Shown: positions 20,798 to 30,800 of the stretch, piece by piece | How positions within the stretch are numbered: position 1 is the first letter of the stretch | Layout: each line of letters begins with the position of its first letter | DNA from: an uncultured delta proteobacterium | GTDB taxonomy: Bacteria > Myxococcota_A > Polyangia > Polyangiales > JAFGIB01 | Assembly: GCA_963778655.1 (NCBI GenBank) | Contig: CAVZVA010000011.1 | Coordinates: 384,001-448,000 of the forward strand | Length of the DNA stretch: 64,000 bases | Reading direction: 5' to 3' | The notes under the pieces: model-generated | Told to the model about the DNA's origin: nothing | The model's input: only the letters and a program-made list of their open reading frames with translations | Databases searched by the model: none | Made by a program: the position numbers and the translations under genes

Positions 20798-22108
20798 GTG
20801 ATGGATGATTCGCCGACAGCCCGCGACGAGCAGCCCGCGCCCGCCTCGCGCGGCGAGGGGCGCCCGCAGCCGCAGGCCGGGCGCAGCAGGGCACAGCGGG
20901 AACAGCGCAAGCGGCTGTGGGCGAGCCGGGCGCGGCGCACCGGGCTGTGGCTGCTCGCGCTCGCGGGCGCCGGCGCCGTGGCCTACGCCTGGCTGCCCAA
21001 GCCGGTCGCGGTCGACCTCGGTCGGGTCGAGCGCGGGCACCTGCAGGTCACGGTCGACGAGGACGGGCGCACGCGCGTCAAGGATCGCTACCTGGTCTCG
21101 GCGCCGTTGCTGGCCAACGTGGCGCGCATCGAGCTCAATCCAGGCGACCCGGTCGAGCCCGGCACGGTGTTGGCGCGACTGTTGCCGCTGCAGGCGCCGT
21201 TGCTCGACGCGCGTAGCAAGGCCGAGGCCGAGGCGCGAGTGGCGGCGGCGGCCGCGCAGCGCCGCCAGGCCTATTCCACGGTGGAGCGGGTGCGTACCGG
21301 GCTCGAGCTCGCGCAGCGCGAGGCCACGCGGCAGCGCTCGCTGACCGGCAGCGGGGCAGTCTCCGCGCGCAGCCTCGAGCAAGCCGAGCTCGAGGAGCGC
21401 GCGCGGCGGCAGGAGCTGGCGAGCTCCGAGTTCGGCGCGCGCGTGGCCGACTACGACCTGCAGATGGCGCGGGCCGCGCTCGGCCGCCTGGGCAAGCCGC
21501 ACGGCGACCAGGAGCAGATCGACGTGGTCTCGCCGGTGAAGGGCCGGGTGCTCAAGGTGATGCAGCAGAGCGAAGGCGCGGTGCAGCCGGGCGTCCCGTT
21601 GCTCGAGATCGGCAACCCCGCCGCGCTGGAGATCGTGGTCGACGTGCTGACCAGCGACGCGGTGCACATCCGTCCCGGCGCGAGCGTATCGATCGAGCGC
21701 TGGGGCGCGGACCAGCCGTTGCGCGCCCACGTGCGCCTGGTCGAGCCGAGCGCGTTCACGCGCGTCTCCGCGCTCGGCGTCGAGGAGCAGCGCGTCAACG
21801 TCATCATCGACCTGGACGAGCCGCGCAGCGTGTGGGCCGCGCTGGGCGACGGCTATCATGTGGAAGCCCGCATCGTGGTCTGGGAAGGCGACGGCGTGCT
21901 GCAGGTTCCAGCGAGCGCGACTTTCCGCCGCGAGCCCGGTTGGGCGGTGTTCCGCGTGGCGGACGGCAAGGCCCAGCTGGTGCCGATCACGATCGGCCAC
22001 GTGAGCACGGAACGGGTCGAGGTGTTGCGCGGCTTGCACGAAGGTGACCCGGTGATCGTCCACCCCAGCGATCGCGTGAGCGACGGCACCCGCGTAGTCG
22101 CACGCTAG
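20798..22108 (+). CDS. Efflux periplasmic adaptor (HlyD/RND MFP)
   Basis: N-terminal TM, VDEDGRTRVKDRYLVSAP, coiled hairpin, SPVKGRVL, SALGVEEQRV. Follows the ABC ATPase/permease pair. Confidence 0.9.
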   Translation: MMDDSPTARDEQPAPASRGEGRPQPQAGRSRAQREQRKRLWASRARRTGLWLLALAGAGAVAYAWLPKPVAVDLGRVERGHLQVTVDEDGRTRVKDRYLVSAPLLANVARIELNPGDPVEPGTVLARLLPLQAPLLDARSKAEAEARVAAAAAQRRQAYSTVERVRTGLELAQREATRQRSLTGSGAVSARSLEQAELEERARRQELASSEFGARVADYDLQMARAALGRLGKPHGDQEQIDVVSPVKGRVLKVMQQSEGAVQPGVPLLEIGNPAALEIVVDVLTSDAVHIRPGASVSIERWGADQPLRAHVRLVEPSAFTRVSALGVEEQRVNVIIDLDEPRSVWAALGDGYHVEARIVVWEGDGVLQVPASATFRREPGWAVFRVADGKAQLVPITIGHVSTERVEVLRGLHEGDPVIVHPSDRVSDGTRVVAR

Positions 22109-22130
22109 TCCGCAACATCCCCAGGCTTCA

Positions 22131-22191
22131 ACAGGAAGACGGGAAGGCGGGAAGCAGGCGCTGTGTCCTTCCCGTCTTCCCGCCTTCCTGT
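22131..22191. repeat. REP-like hairpin family D
   Basis: 24-bp arms ACAGGAAGACGGGAAGGCGGGAAG / CTTCCCGTCTTCCCGCCTTCCTGT match at 22/24, between convergent genes. Confidence 0.8.
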
Positions 22192-22222
22192 GACCTTTGG
22201 AGCTTGGGCCCGCCCGCGGGGC

Positions 22223-23176
22223 TCAGGGCGAGTCCTCGCTTGGCAGGGGTGGTGGCCCTGGGGGGCGTAGGATCGAGGTGGCGATCGAGGCGCCCAGCAG
22301 GCCCGCGATCACGCCCAGCGAGACCGCGATCGGCAGCTCGTAGATCTTGGCGATCAACATCTTGACGCCCACGAACGCCAGCACCAGACCGAGCCCGACC
22401 TTGAGATAGTGGAACTTCTGCATCAGCCCCGCGAGCGCGAAGTAGAGCGAGCGCAGGCCGAGGACGGCGAAGATGTTCGAGGTGTAGACGATGAACGGAT
22501 CGCGCGTCACCGCGAACACCGCGGGAATCGAGTCGGTCGCGAACACCAGGTCGGTCGCCTCGACCACCACCAGCACCATCAGCAGCGGCGTGGCGTACCT
22601 GCGGCCGTTCTCCACCACGGTGAAGCGGCCGCCACGGTAGTCGGACACCGAGGGGACGACACGGCGAAAGAGCCGCAACACCGGGTTGCGCTCGGGGTGG
22701 ACATCGCCCTCGCGCTGCAAGAGCAGCCGGACCCCGGTGAACACCAGGAAGGCCCCGAACAGATACAGCACCCAGTGGAAGCGCGCGAGCAGCGCGGTGC
22801 CCAGCAGGATGAAGAGCACGCGCATCGCGATCGCGCCGACCACGCCCCAGAACAGCACCCGATGCTGCAGCGCGGCCGGCACCGCGAAATAGGAAAAGAT
22901 CACCAGGAACACGAACAGGTTGTCGACCGAGAGCGCCTTCTCGATCACGTAACCGGTCAGAAACTCGAGCGCGCGCTCGGGGCCGAACCAGAAGCCCACC
23001 GCGACGTTGAACGCCAGCGCCAGGCCGATCCACACCGCGCTCCACGCCAGCGCCTCGCGCGCGCGGATCTCGTGGGGTGTGCGGTGGAACACACGCAGAT
23101 CCAGCACCAGCATGGCCAGCACGAATGCGGTGAAACCGAGCCAGGCTCCCAGCGAGCCGACGCTGTCCACGCTCAT
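22223..23176 (-). CDS. TerC/Alx family membrane protein
   Basis: EFLTGYVIEKALSVDNLFVF, QHRVLFWG, DLVFATDSIPA and SNIFAVLGLRSLYF. Confidence 0.92.
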   Translation of the reverse strand: MSVDSVGSLGAWLGFTAFVLAMLVLDLRVFHRTPHEIRAREALAWSAVWIGLALAFNVAVGFWFGPERALEFLTGYVIEKALSVDNLFVFLVIFSYFAVPAALQHRVLFWGVVGAIAMRVLFILLGTALLARFHWVLYLFGAFLVFTGVRLLLQREGDVHPERNPVLRLFRRVVPSVSDYRGGRFTVVENGRRYATPLLMVLVVVEATDLVFATDSIPAVFAVTRDPFIVYTSNIFAVLGLRSLYFALAGLMQKFHYLKVGLGLVLAFVGVKMLIAKIYELPIAVSLGVIAGLLGASIATSILRPPGPPPLPSEDSP

Positions 23177-23302
23177 GTCGGGGGATCCATAGCCACCCGT
23201 CCTGAAGCGACAACGCCCCCGCTGCGCAGGATATTCGCCGGGACGGCGCAAGAGGTGCACCGGCAGGGGCCCAATCGGGTTGTATGCGCGTGAGCAACAA
23301 GG

Positions 23303-23318
23303 CGGCACGGGACTTGCA
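23303..23318 (+). promoter_or_regulatory. Sigma-54 (-24/-12) promoter
   Basis: CGGCACGGGACTTGCA has exact GG-N10-GC spacing and lies about 43 bp upstream of the GTG at 23361. Confidence 0.7.
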
Positions 23319-23360
23319 AAGCCCTACGCGACCCCTTCCCAGACTCCCGCGAGGTCGCTC

Positions 23361-23831
23361 GTGAAAATTTCCCTACTCATCGTCGAACGCGGATCGCAAT
23401 GGCTGGAGCACATCAAGCGCTGGCGCAAGCCGGCCAACGACTTGCTGGTCGTCACCCAGCACCGCAGCGAACCGAACCGGGAGTTCCGGGCACGCGTGCT
23501 GGATCGGCTCGAGCGCCTGCGGCAGCGGCGGGCGGCCGTGGATCAGGTGATGGTGGTCGCGGGCGGCGCCCAGGACCCGATGACCCTGCTATCGCGCGCA
23601 CAGATGCTGGGCGCGATGCTGTCCAGGCTGAGCGCGGAGGTGCACATCGTGCTCAACTGCGATGCGCGCAGCGGTGACCCTGCGCAACGCCAGATGAAGG
23701 CGCTGGCCGATACCGTGGTGGAGCAGGCCGGCCACCCGGCAGGCCGCATCCGCCTGCTCGCCGATTGCTTCGCGCTGGGCGTTGCCGACGCCGCGCTGGG
23801 CCTGAGCGACGCTGCGCTGGCCCTGACCTGA
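23361..23831 (+). CDS. Hypothetical alpha/beta protein
   Basis: GTG start with GAGG at 23351; globular sequence KISLLIVERGSQW...LLVVTQ. Confidence 0.75.
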   Translation: MKISLLIVERGSQWLEHIKRWRKPANDLLVVTQHRSEPNREFRARVLDRLERLRQRRAAVDQVMVVAGGAQDPMTLLSRAQMLGAMLSRLSAEVHIVLNCDARSGDPAQRQMKALADTVVEQAGHPAGRIRLLADCFALGVADAALGLSDAALALT

Positions 23832-23881
23832 GCGCAGCGTCGCGCGCGATGCCCACCCCGGGGTCGAGGTCGAGCGCGTTG

Positions 23882-24073
23882 CTAAATGACCGATCACGAT
23901 TCGGGAATGGCCATGCCGGTCGGTCATTTGGCGGTGCGGCGGATGCCGCACCACCGCGAGAGGGTGAATACGCGAGGCTTTGCCTCGCGCGCAGGCAGTC
24001 GGCGCGACTCCCTGACAATCAAAGGAGAAATCAGAGTTTGTGATTCGATCCCGAATCGCGAGCTCTGATCTGG
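23882..24073 (-). repeat. Repeat family B, full copy (192 bp)
   Basis: Reverse complement aligns without gaps to 60014-60205 (13 differences by my count). Lies between convergent genes. Confidence 0.92.
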
Positions 24074-24173
24074 CGTGGGTCGCGCGTTGCGACCAGCGCT
24101 GCGGCTCCCGGTTCGAGCCGCGTGCGCCGCGGCTCGGGCCCCGCACGCGCTTGCGACGCGCTTGCGGGACCAG

Positions 24174-24599
24174 TCAGCCTGCGTGGCCGAGCCACATACC
24201 CAACGCCAAACCCAGCAGCACGTAGGCCGTGAGCAGCACGTAGGTGAGGTCGCGCTCACGCAAGAACAGCAGAAAGCAGAAGCTGACCCGGCCCAGCGGC
24301 ACCAGGCTGAGCACGAACAGGCCCAGCGTCAGCACGGAGTGAGGGTCGCCCGCGCGCATCGCCCGCACCAGCTCGGCCAGGGATTGGCGCTCGTGCAGCT
24401 GCCCCGCCCGAACCAGCTGGTAGCGCTGCACGTACTGGGCGGGCGACTGGACCACGGCGAGCAGCATGCCGGTCGCCAGCAGCAGCATCGCCACAGCCAG
24501 CACGGTGCGCAGCAGCAACGGCGTCCACGCGCGCAAGATGCGGTCCTCCTCGGAGCTCACGGCCGCTGCTCGATCTGCCTGCGGTGACTCGGGGTGCAT
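24174..24599 (-). CDS. DUF1634 membrane protein
   Basis: Three TM with LGLFVLSLVPLGRV...ERDLTY. Located directly after TauE, the usual pairing. Confidence 0.8.
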   Translation of the reverse strand: MHPESPQADRAAAVSSEEDRILRAWTPLLLRTVLAVAMLLLATGMLLAVVQSPAQYVQRYQLVRAGQLHERQSLAELVRAMRAGDPHSVLTLGLFVLSLVPLGRVSFCFLLFLRERDLTYVLLTAYVLLGLALGMWLGHAG

Positions 24600-24602
24600 A
24601 GC

Positions 24603-25430
24603 TCAAATACCGGCCAGCGCGCGCCAGCCCATCTCCACAGCGATCAGCAGCAGGATCAGCACGAAGCCGAGCCGCAGCCGGCGCGCGCGGAGGCGCGGCA
24701 GCAAGCGGCTGCCGCCGAGCGCGCCCAGCGTGACGCCGATCGCGACCGGCCCGGCCACGGTGGTCGAGATATCGCCGCGCGCGAGAAACACCAGCGCGCC
24801 GGCACCCGCGGTCACGCCGATCATGAAGTTGCTGGTCGCGCTCGAGACCTTGAGCGGCAGCCGCATGAAATAGTCCATCGCCACCACCTTCACCGCGCCG
24901 GCCCCGACCCCGAGCATGCCGGAAAGCACCCCCGCGACCAGCATCAGCGATGCGCCCAGCGGCAGCCGCACGACCTCGTAGTGCACGGGCCTGCCGTCCG
25001 GGCCCGGCACTTCCCCCACCAGCGCAAGCCGCCGCGCCAGCGGATCACCGACCGCGATCACCTGGTCGTCGTGGCGGTGCAAGCTGAAGAAGGCCGATGC
25101 CAGCATCATCGCCGCGAACAACAGCTCGAGCGCCACAGGCGGGATAAGTCCGGCAAGGTACGCGCCGGTCACCGCGCCGGTCACGGTCGCGCACTCGAGC
25201 ACCATCGCAACCCTGAGGTTGGTCCAGCCGTCGCGGACGAAGGCCACGCTCGCGCCGGCGCTGGTGGCGACCACCGAGATCAGGCTGGCGCCGACCGCGA
25301 CGTGCATCGGCATCCGGGCGCCAATTACGAGCGCGGGCACGATGAACACGCCGCCCCCCAGACCGGACACCGAGCCGACGAACCCGGCGCCGATCGCCAG
25401 CGCCAACAGGCTACCCACGATCTCCAGCAT
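24603..25430 (-). CDS. TauE/SafE (TSUP) family transporter
   Basis: GLGGGVFIVP, AVGASLISVVATS, SGMLGVGAG and KVSSATSNFMIGVTA. Confidence 0.9.
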   Translation of the reverse strand: MLEIVGSLLALAIGAGFVGSVSGLGGGVFIVPALVIGARMPMHVAVGASLISVVATSAGASVAFVRDGWTNLRVAMVLECATVTGAVTGAYLAGLIPPVALELLFAAMMLASAFFSLHRHDDQVIAVGDPLARRLALVGEVPGPDGRPVHYEVVRLPLGASLMLVAGVLSGMLGVGAGAVKVVAMDYFMRLPLKVSSATSNFMIGVTAGAGALVFLARGDISTTVAGPVAIGVTLGALGGSRLLPRLRARRLRLGFVLILLLIAVEMGWRALAGI

Positions 25431-25434
25431 GGAA

Positions 25435-27666
25435 TCAGTATTCGAAGCCGCTGCCGCCGATGAACTCGCGCAGGATCGAGGTGGGCGGGACTTGGTCGGG
25501 GTAGATGGTGACGAAGCGATCGAGCAACCGCAAGAGGCGATAGGCTGTCGTGTAGGCTGAGCTGTCGTGCGGCACCTCGAGCAGGTAGCGCTCGGCGTAT
25601 ACCCTCAACACGGCGGGCTCGTACACCAGCGACGAGTCGAACACCGCGTCGACCTCGTGCTGGAAGGGGTAGATGTGGCGGCGCTCGCCCCTGCGCACCG
25701 AAGGCCAGCGCAGGATGTTGGCCTCGGCCGTGGTGGCGCGGTGGTGCCGGTCCCGCACGATGCGCCGCAGCAAGCGCAGGTCCGAGGCGTGGATGCGGCT
25801 GAGGTGGTCGAAGGGCAACTGCGTCAGCGGGCTGATGAAGATGCCAAACGCGCGCTCTCGCGGCGCGTCGCCGAGGATCGCGGGGTTGATGCCGTGGATG
25901 CCTTCGACCACCAGCACGTCCCGCGCGCCGAGCTCGATCTCGGCGCCGCCCGCCGGCTGGCTGCGCCCGTTGCGAAAATCGTAGCGCGCGGTTCGCACCC
26001 GCTGGCCGGCGAGCAAGCCGTGGATGTGATCGCCGAGCAGGCGCAGGTCGAGCGCCTCGAGCGCTTCGTAGTCGTATTCGCCCTGCGCGTCGCGCGGCGT
26101 CCGCTCGCGATCGAGATAGTAGTCGTCGAGCGAAAGCCCGATCGGGTTGACGGCGTTGACCTGAAGCTGAACGCGCAATCGCTTGATGAAGGTGGTCTTG
26201 CCGGCCGAGCTGGGGCCTGCCACGCACACCAGCTTGACCTCGCCGCGCCGCGTCGCGATGGTGTCCGCGATCTGACCGATCGACTTCTCGTGGAAGCCCT
26301 CGTGCACCCGGACCAGCTGGGTGACGTTGCCGTCGATGCAGGCGCGGTTGAAAGCGCCGACGCTGGTGACGGCCAGCGTGGCCAAGAAGCGATCCTCGCC
26401 CACGGTCATGGCCCGCGTCTGCTCGGAGACCTCGCGCGCTTCGGCGGCGAAGCGCGCCGGCTCGCCGGCTGGACGCGCGGCCGGGTGCGGCGAGGCCATC
26501 GCGATCGGCGGGCTGCTCGGCTTCGGCGGCGGGGCGCTGGCCCGCCTATCGCCGTACAGCAACAGCAGGCCGTCCTCGTCACGTTCGATCGCGAAGTCGC
26601 GCAGCAACCGCGCGTGCGCGACCAGCGGGGTCAGCCCCAGCGCATAGACCTCGCCGTAGCTGACCAGCGGCACGGCCGAATCGCGCCAGGTCGCGAGCAG
26701 CTCCGCGACGTGGGGCAGCGCGCGCTCCCGAAATAGCTCGCGCGCCTCGCCCGCGGTCCACAGCTCCTCGCGCAGCTGCGCGCCGCCGCTCGCGATGCGC
26801 CGCATCTCGGGCTCGAGCGCGTCCACAAAGCGCTGAAGGACGCGCTCGTCGCCGCCGTGCACGCGCACCCGCTGCCCGAACCCCACCGAGCGCTCGAGAT
26901 CGACGCGCGCCCCGGGCTCGACACGCTGGGCTGCCTCGAGCAACAGCAGCCCCAGGCTCTGGCGATAGATCCGTTGGCCCTCCCAGTGGGCGACGCTCAG
27001 CGGCTCGAGCGCGCACGGCGAGGACACCACGCTCGAGAGCGAGACCGCCCTGCGGTCGATCAAGCCGGCGACGACCGGACGGCCGTCGACCTCCGCCGGG
27101 AGCAGCTCGGCTATCGGCGTGCCCGGATGGATGCTGCGCGGCTGCCCGCACACGCGCAGCTCGATCACCGCGCGCCGTGGCAGTGAGCGCTCGCGCAGCA
27201 AGGTGCGGATGCCGTCGGTCATATGGGTGAGGCGCGCGGCGACGCTGGCGGTGATCGCCTCGAGCAGGTGGCGGCCGAGCTCGGGGTAGCGGGCGTGCAG
27301 CCTCAGGTATTGCGCGTGCGAGAGGCGGGCCAGCAGCATCTCGTCGCGGGTGGTGACCGAGGCGGCGCGCGGCAAGCCGGCCACCAGCGCGAGCTCGCCG
27401 AAATGCTCGCCAGGTCCGATGCGCTCCACCTCGACGCGGCCCCGCGCGACCACGGCGTGGCCCGCCAGACAGAAGTACATGCTGCGGTCGGTGGCACCCT
27501 CCGTGACGATCACGCTGCGCGCCGGAAGGCGCACCGGCTCGACCACAGCCGCGAGCCGTTCGAGCTCGAACGGCGACAGATCCGCGAGCAACGCGCTGTC
27601 GGCCAAAGCGCGTGCCAGCCTCGCGGGATCGGCGGCTGGATCCACGGTCACGGGCTCCGCTGCCAT
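25435..27666 (-). CDS. cNMP-binding domain fused to ThrRS-N-like domain and uridine-kinase-like P-loop kinase
   Basis: FGELALVAGLPRAASV (cNMP pocket), EGQRIYRQSL, AGPSSAGKTT (Walker A), LDDYY, VEGIHG, DLRLLRRIVRD and PTSILREFIGGS. Confidence 0.88.
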   Translation of the reverse strand: MAAEPVTVDPAADPARLARALADSALLADLSPFELERLAAVVEPVRLPARSVIVTEGATDRSMYFCLAGHAVVARGRVEVERIGPGEHFGELALVAGLPRAASVTTRDEMLLARLSHAQYLRLHARYPELGRHLLEAITASVAARLTHMTDGIRTLLRERSLPRRAVIELRVCGQPRSIHPGTPIAELLPAEVDGRPVVAGLIDRRAVSLSSVVSSPCALEPLSVAHWEGQRIYRQSLGLLLLEAAQRVEPGARVDLERSVGFGQRVRVHGGDERVLQRFVDALEPEMRRIASGGAQLREELWTAGEARELFRERALPHVAELLATWRDSAVPLVSYGEVYALGLTPLVAHARLLRDFAIERDEDGLLLLYGDRRASAPPPKPSSPPIAMASPHPAARPAGEPARFAAEAREVSEQTRAMTVGEDRFLATLAVTSVGAFNRACIDGNVTQLVRVHEGFHEKSIGQIADTIATRRGEVKLVCVAGPSSAGKTTFIKRLRVQLQVNAVNPIGLSLDDYYLDRERTPRDAQGEYDYEALEALDLRLLGDHIHGLLAGQRVRTARYDFRNGRSQPAGGAEIELGARDVLVVEGIHGINPAILGDAPRERAFGIFISPLTQLPFDHLSRIHASDLRLLRRIVRDRHHRATTAEANILRWPSVRRGERRHIYPFQHEVDAVFDSSLVYEPAVLRVYAERYLLEVPHDSSAYTTAYRLLRLLDRFVTIYPDQVPPTSILREFIGGSGFEY

Positions 27667-27836
27667 GGCACGTTGTAGTTAAGCACCTCGCGGGTGGCTG
27701 CCCACAATGGGCGGATCAGCCACCCACCCGCCCGCGTCCGTGTGGGTGTGAGTCCCACGCGTCGCGGCGCGGGTCCCGAGTTGGTAACCTTGCGAGCTGG
27801 GGAATCGCGCTCCTCCGCGGCCCCCGCATCACAAGC

Positions 27837-30800
27837 GTGAAGCAAGGCCAAAGCCATAGCGTCCCAGCGCCCGACAAGCTGGCCGGGCGCTATGTGGTCG
27901 AAGCGGTCCTGGGACGCGGCGGAATGGCGGTGGTCTATCGCGTGCGCGACCAGGCCGGCGGCAGCCGGCTCGCCCTCAAACAGCTGCGTGCCGGCGAGCG
28001 CGCTCGCGAGCGGATCACGCGGCTGTTCCAGCACGAGTACCAGGCGCTCTCCGACCTGGCCCACCCGCGCATCGTGCGCGTGCTCGACTACGGGGTCGAT
28101 GATCGGCAGCCGTACTATACGATGGAGCTGCTCGAAGGGGAGGACCTCGCGCAGGGCGGGTCGCTCGCTTGGCGCGACGCCTGCGCGTTGCTGCGGGACG
28201 TGGCGGTGGCGCTCGCCGTGGTCCACTCCCGGCGCCTGGTGCATCGGGACGTGACGCCGCGCAACGTTCGGCGCGGCGAAGACGGGCGCGCGAAGCTGAT
28301 CGACTTTGGCGCGCTCTCGCCGATGGGCACCAGCGCGCCGCTGGTGGGGACGCCTGCCTTCGTCCCACCGGAGGCCCTGCATGGGCAGCCGCTCGACGGA
28401 CGCACCGACCTGTACGCGCTCGGCGCGCTGGCGTACTTCCTGCTCACCGGCCGCCACGCCTACCCCGCGAGGCGTTTCGACGAGCTGCGCGAGCGCTGGC
28501 GCAGCGATCTGGCCGCCCCGTCGGCGCTCGTGCCCGAGCTGCCCGAAGCGCTGAGCGCGCTGGTGCTCGCGCTGCTCAGCCTCGACCTCCTGCGCAGACC
28601 CACCACGGCGTGGGAGGTCATCGACAGGCTGGAAGCGATCGCGGGCCTTGCGCCCGAACAGTCGCGGAGCGCGCGCCCGGGCCTGCTGACCCCGATGCTG
28701 GTCGGGCGCGAGCAGGCCCTGACCGAGGCACGCGGGCGCCTGGTGCGCACGCTGGGCGGTCCGGGCACGGTGCTGTGGACCCAAGGGCCGGCCGGCGCGG
28801 GGCGCAGGCGACTGCTCTCGACCCTGGTGCTCGAGGCACGCCTGCTCGGCTTGATCACGGCGCGCGCCGACGGGGACGCGGGACGCGCCGGGGATTTCGG
28901 CGTGATGGCCGAGTTGGTCCAGGAGCTGCGCGCGACCGCGGGCGCTGCGGGACGCGAGCTGCCGCCGGAGCTCGAGCGCCTGCTGCAGCCGAGCGACGAA
29001 CCGCAATCGCCGGAACAGCGCGCCCGCAGGCTGGCCGAGGGACGCACGCTGCTGGTGCACTGGCTGCTGCAGGTCGCGGATGCGCGCGGGCTGCTGCTGG
29101 CGGTGGACGCTGCGCACACGGCCGACCCGGCATCGGCCGCGGTGCTGCGCGAGCTCACCCAGGCCGCGCCCCGGCACAAGCTGGCGGTCGCGCTCAGCCT
29201 TGCCGAGGACGAGCCCGAATCGGCGCGGTGGGTGCCGATGCTGAGGCGCGACTCGCCTGCGATCGCGCTGCAACCGCTGAGCGAGCCCGAGACCGAGGCG
29301 ATGCTGGGCTCGGTGTTCGGCGAGGCCGCCCACCTCAAGGTGCTGAGCCACGTGGTCCACGGCCTGGCGCAGGGCAACCCGGGCACGACCATGGGGCTGG
29401 CGCAGCAGCTGCTGGACCAGGGCGCGGTGCGCTACGAGGCAGGGCGCTGGGTGCTGCCGAGCGATCCGCGAAAGCTGGGCCTGCCGGGCACGCTCAAGGA
29501 AGCGCTGGCCGCGCGCGTGCTCGGGCTCGGCCAGGACGCGCGCACGCTGGCCGAGGGGCTCGCGCTGATCGACCCGATGGGGCCGATCCGAACGGAGCAC
29601 TACGCGCAGCTGCTCGACCCGGGCTCCCGCAGCCGCTGGTTCATCGCGCTCGACGCGCTGGTGCGAGCCGACGTGCTGCGCGTGCAGGCCGAGAGCTACG
29701 CGTTCAGCCATCCCGCGCTCGCCGGTGCGCTGCGCGAGGCGCTCGCGCCCGAGCGCGCCCGGGAGCTGCACGTGCGGCTGGCGGCGATCTACGCGGACGA
29801 GCCCTATCGCGACGTGTTCATGCAGGGCTGGCACCTGCAGCAGGCAGGGCACCCGGCGCGCGCCGCCGAGCTGCTGGCGCGCCGCGCGCAACAGCTCAAC
29901 AACCCCGAGGCGCTCTCGCGCCTGAACGCGCGCTACAAGCTGGCCAGACGCGCATACCTCTCTGCCCTGCAGCACTACGACACGGCGGGCGGGGCGATCC
30001 GCGCGCGCTTCGAGCTGCGGCGCTCGCTGGTCAACCTGGCCGCATACTACGACCCGCGCCTGGTGCGCCACGCGCTGCCGGTGATCGATCAGCTCGTGCG
30101 CGACACCGGGCTCGTCTACTGGTCGGAGCTGGCGCCGACGCCGGACCCGAGCGCCCGCGTTCGGCAGTGCCTGGCGCACGCCAAGCGCTGCTGGGAGCAG
30201 ACGCCCGAAACCGAGCGCTGCCTGCCGCCGGACGAGGCGGTGCCCGCCCTCGCCTACCTGGTGATGGCGCTCTCCGGCGGCTACGGCCGCACGCTCGATC
30301 TGGTCGGTCTGGAGACGCTGCCGCCGCTGATCGAGCCCTTCCGCACGCTTTCGCCCGCGCTCGACCTGCTGGCCGAGGTGGTGCTGGCCGCGCTCGACGG
30401 CGCCCGCGGCCTCGAGAGCACCCCACGCCGGGCCGCGATCCTCAAGCGCATCGAGCACGACCCGGCCTTGCGCGGCAACGCAACGGTCCTGGCCACCGCG
30501 AACGCGACCCGCTACTACCTGGGTGTGTGGGAAGCCCGCGGGGGCGGGCGCAAGACGATCGAGCGAGCCGACGAGATCGACCGTCGCAACAAGGAGTGGG
30601 AGCAACTATTCCCGGCGAGCGTCGGCTTCGGCCACTACCGCGGCTGGCACGTGCGACTGCTCGGCCACCTGTACAACGGCGACGTGCGCCGCGCCAAGCT
30701 CTGCCGCCAGCACATCGAGCTGCTGCAGCTCGACGGCCTCGACGCGCTGGTGACGCCGAACGTGCGTATGGGCGCCTACCACGAGGCGCACGCCCACGCG

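Noticed and set aside
23177..23360. yybP-ykoY Mn riboswitch upstream of terC/alx
   Set aside because: Expected from context, but I could not find the GGGGAGUAG...GAGAC-type core on the minus strand. An Infernal search would settle it.
23589..24259. Small ORFs containing SELAIRDRITNSDFS (also 283-546 and 59855-60201)
   Set aside because: They are translations of non-coding repeat family B.
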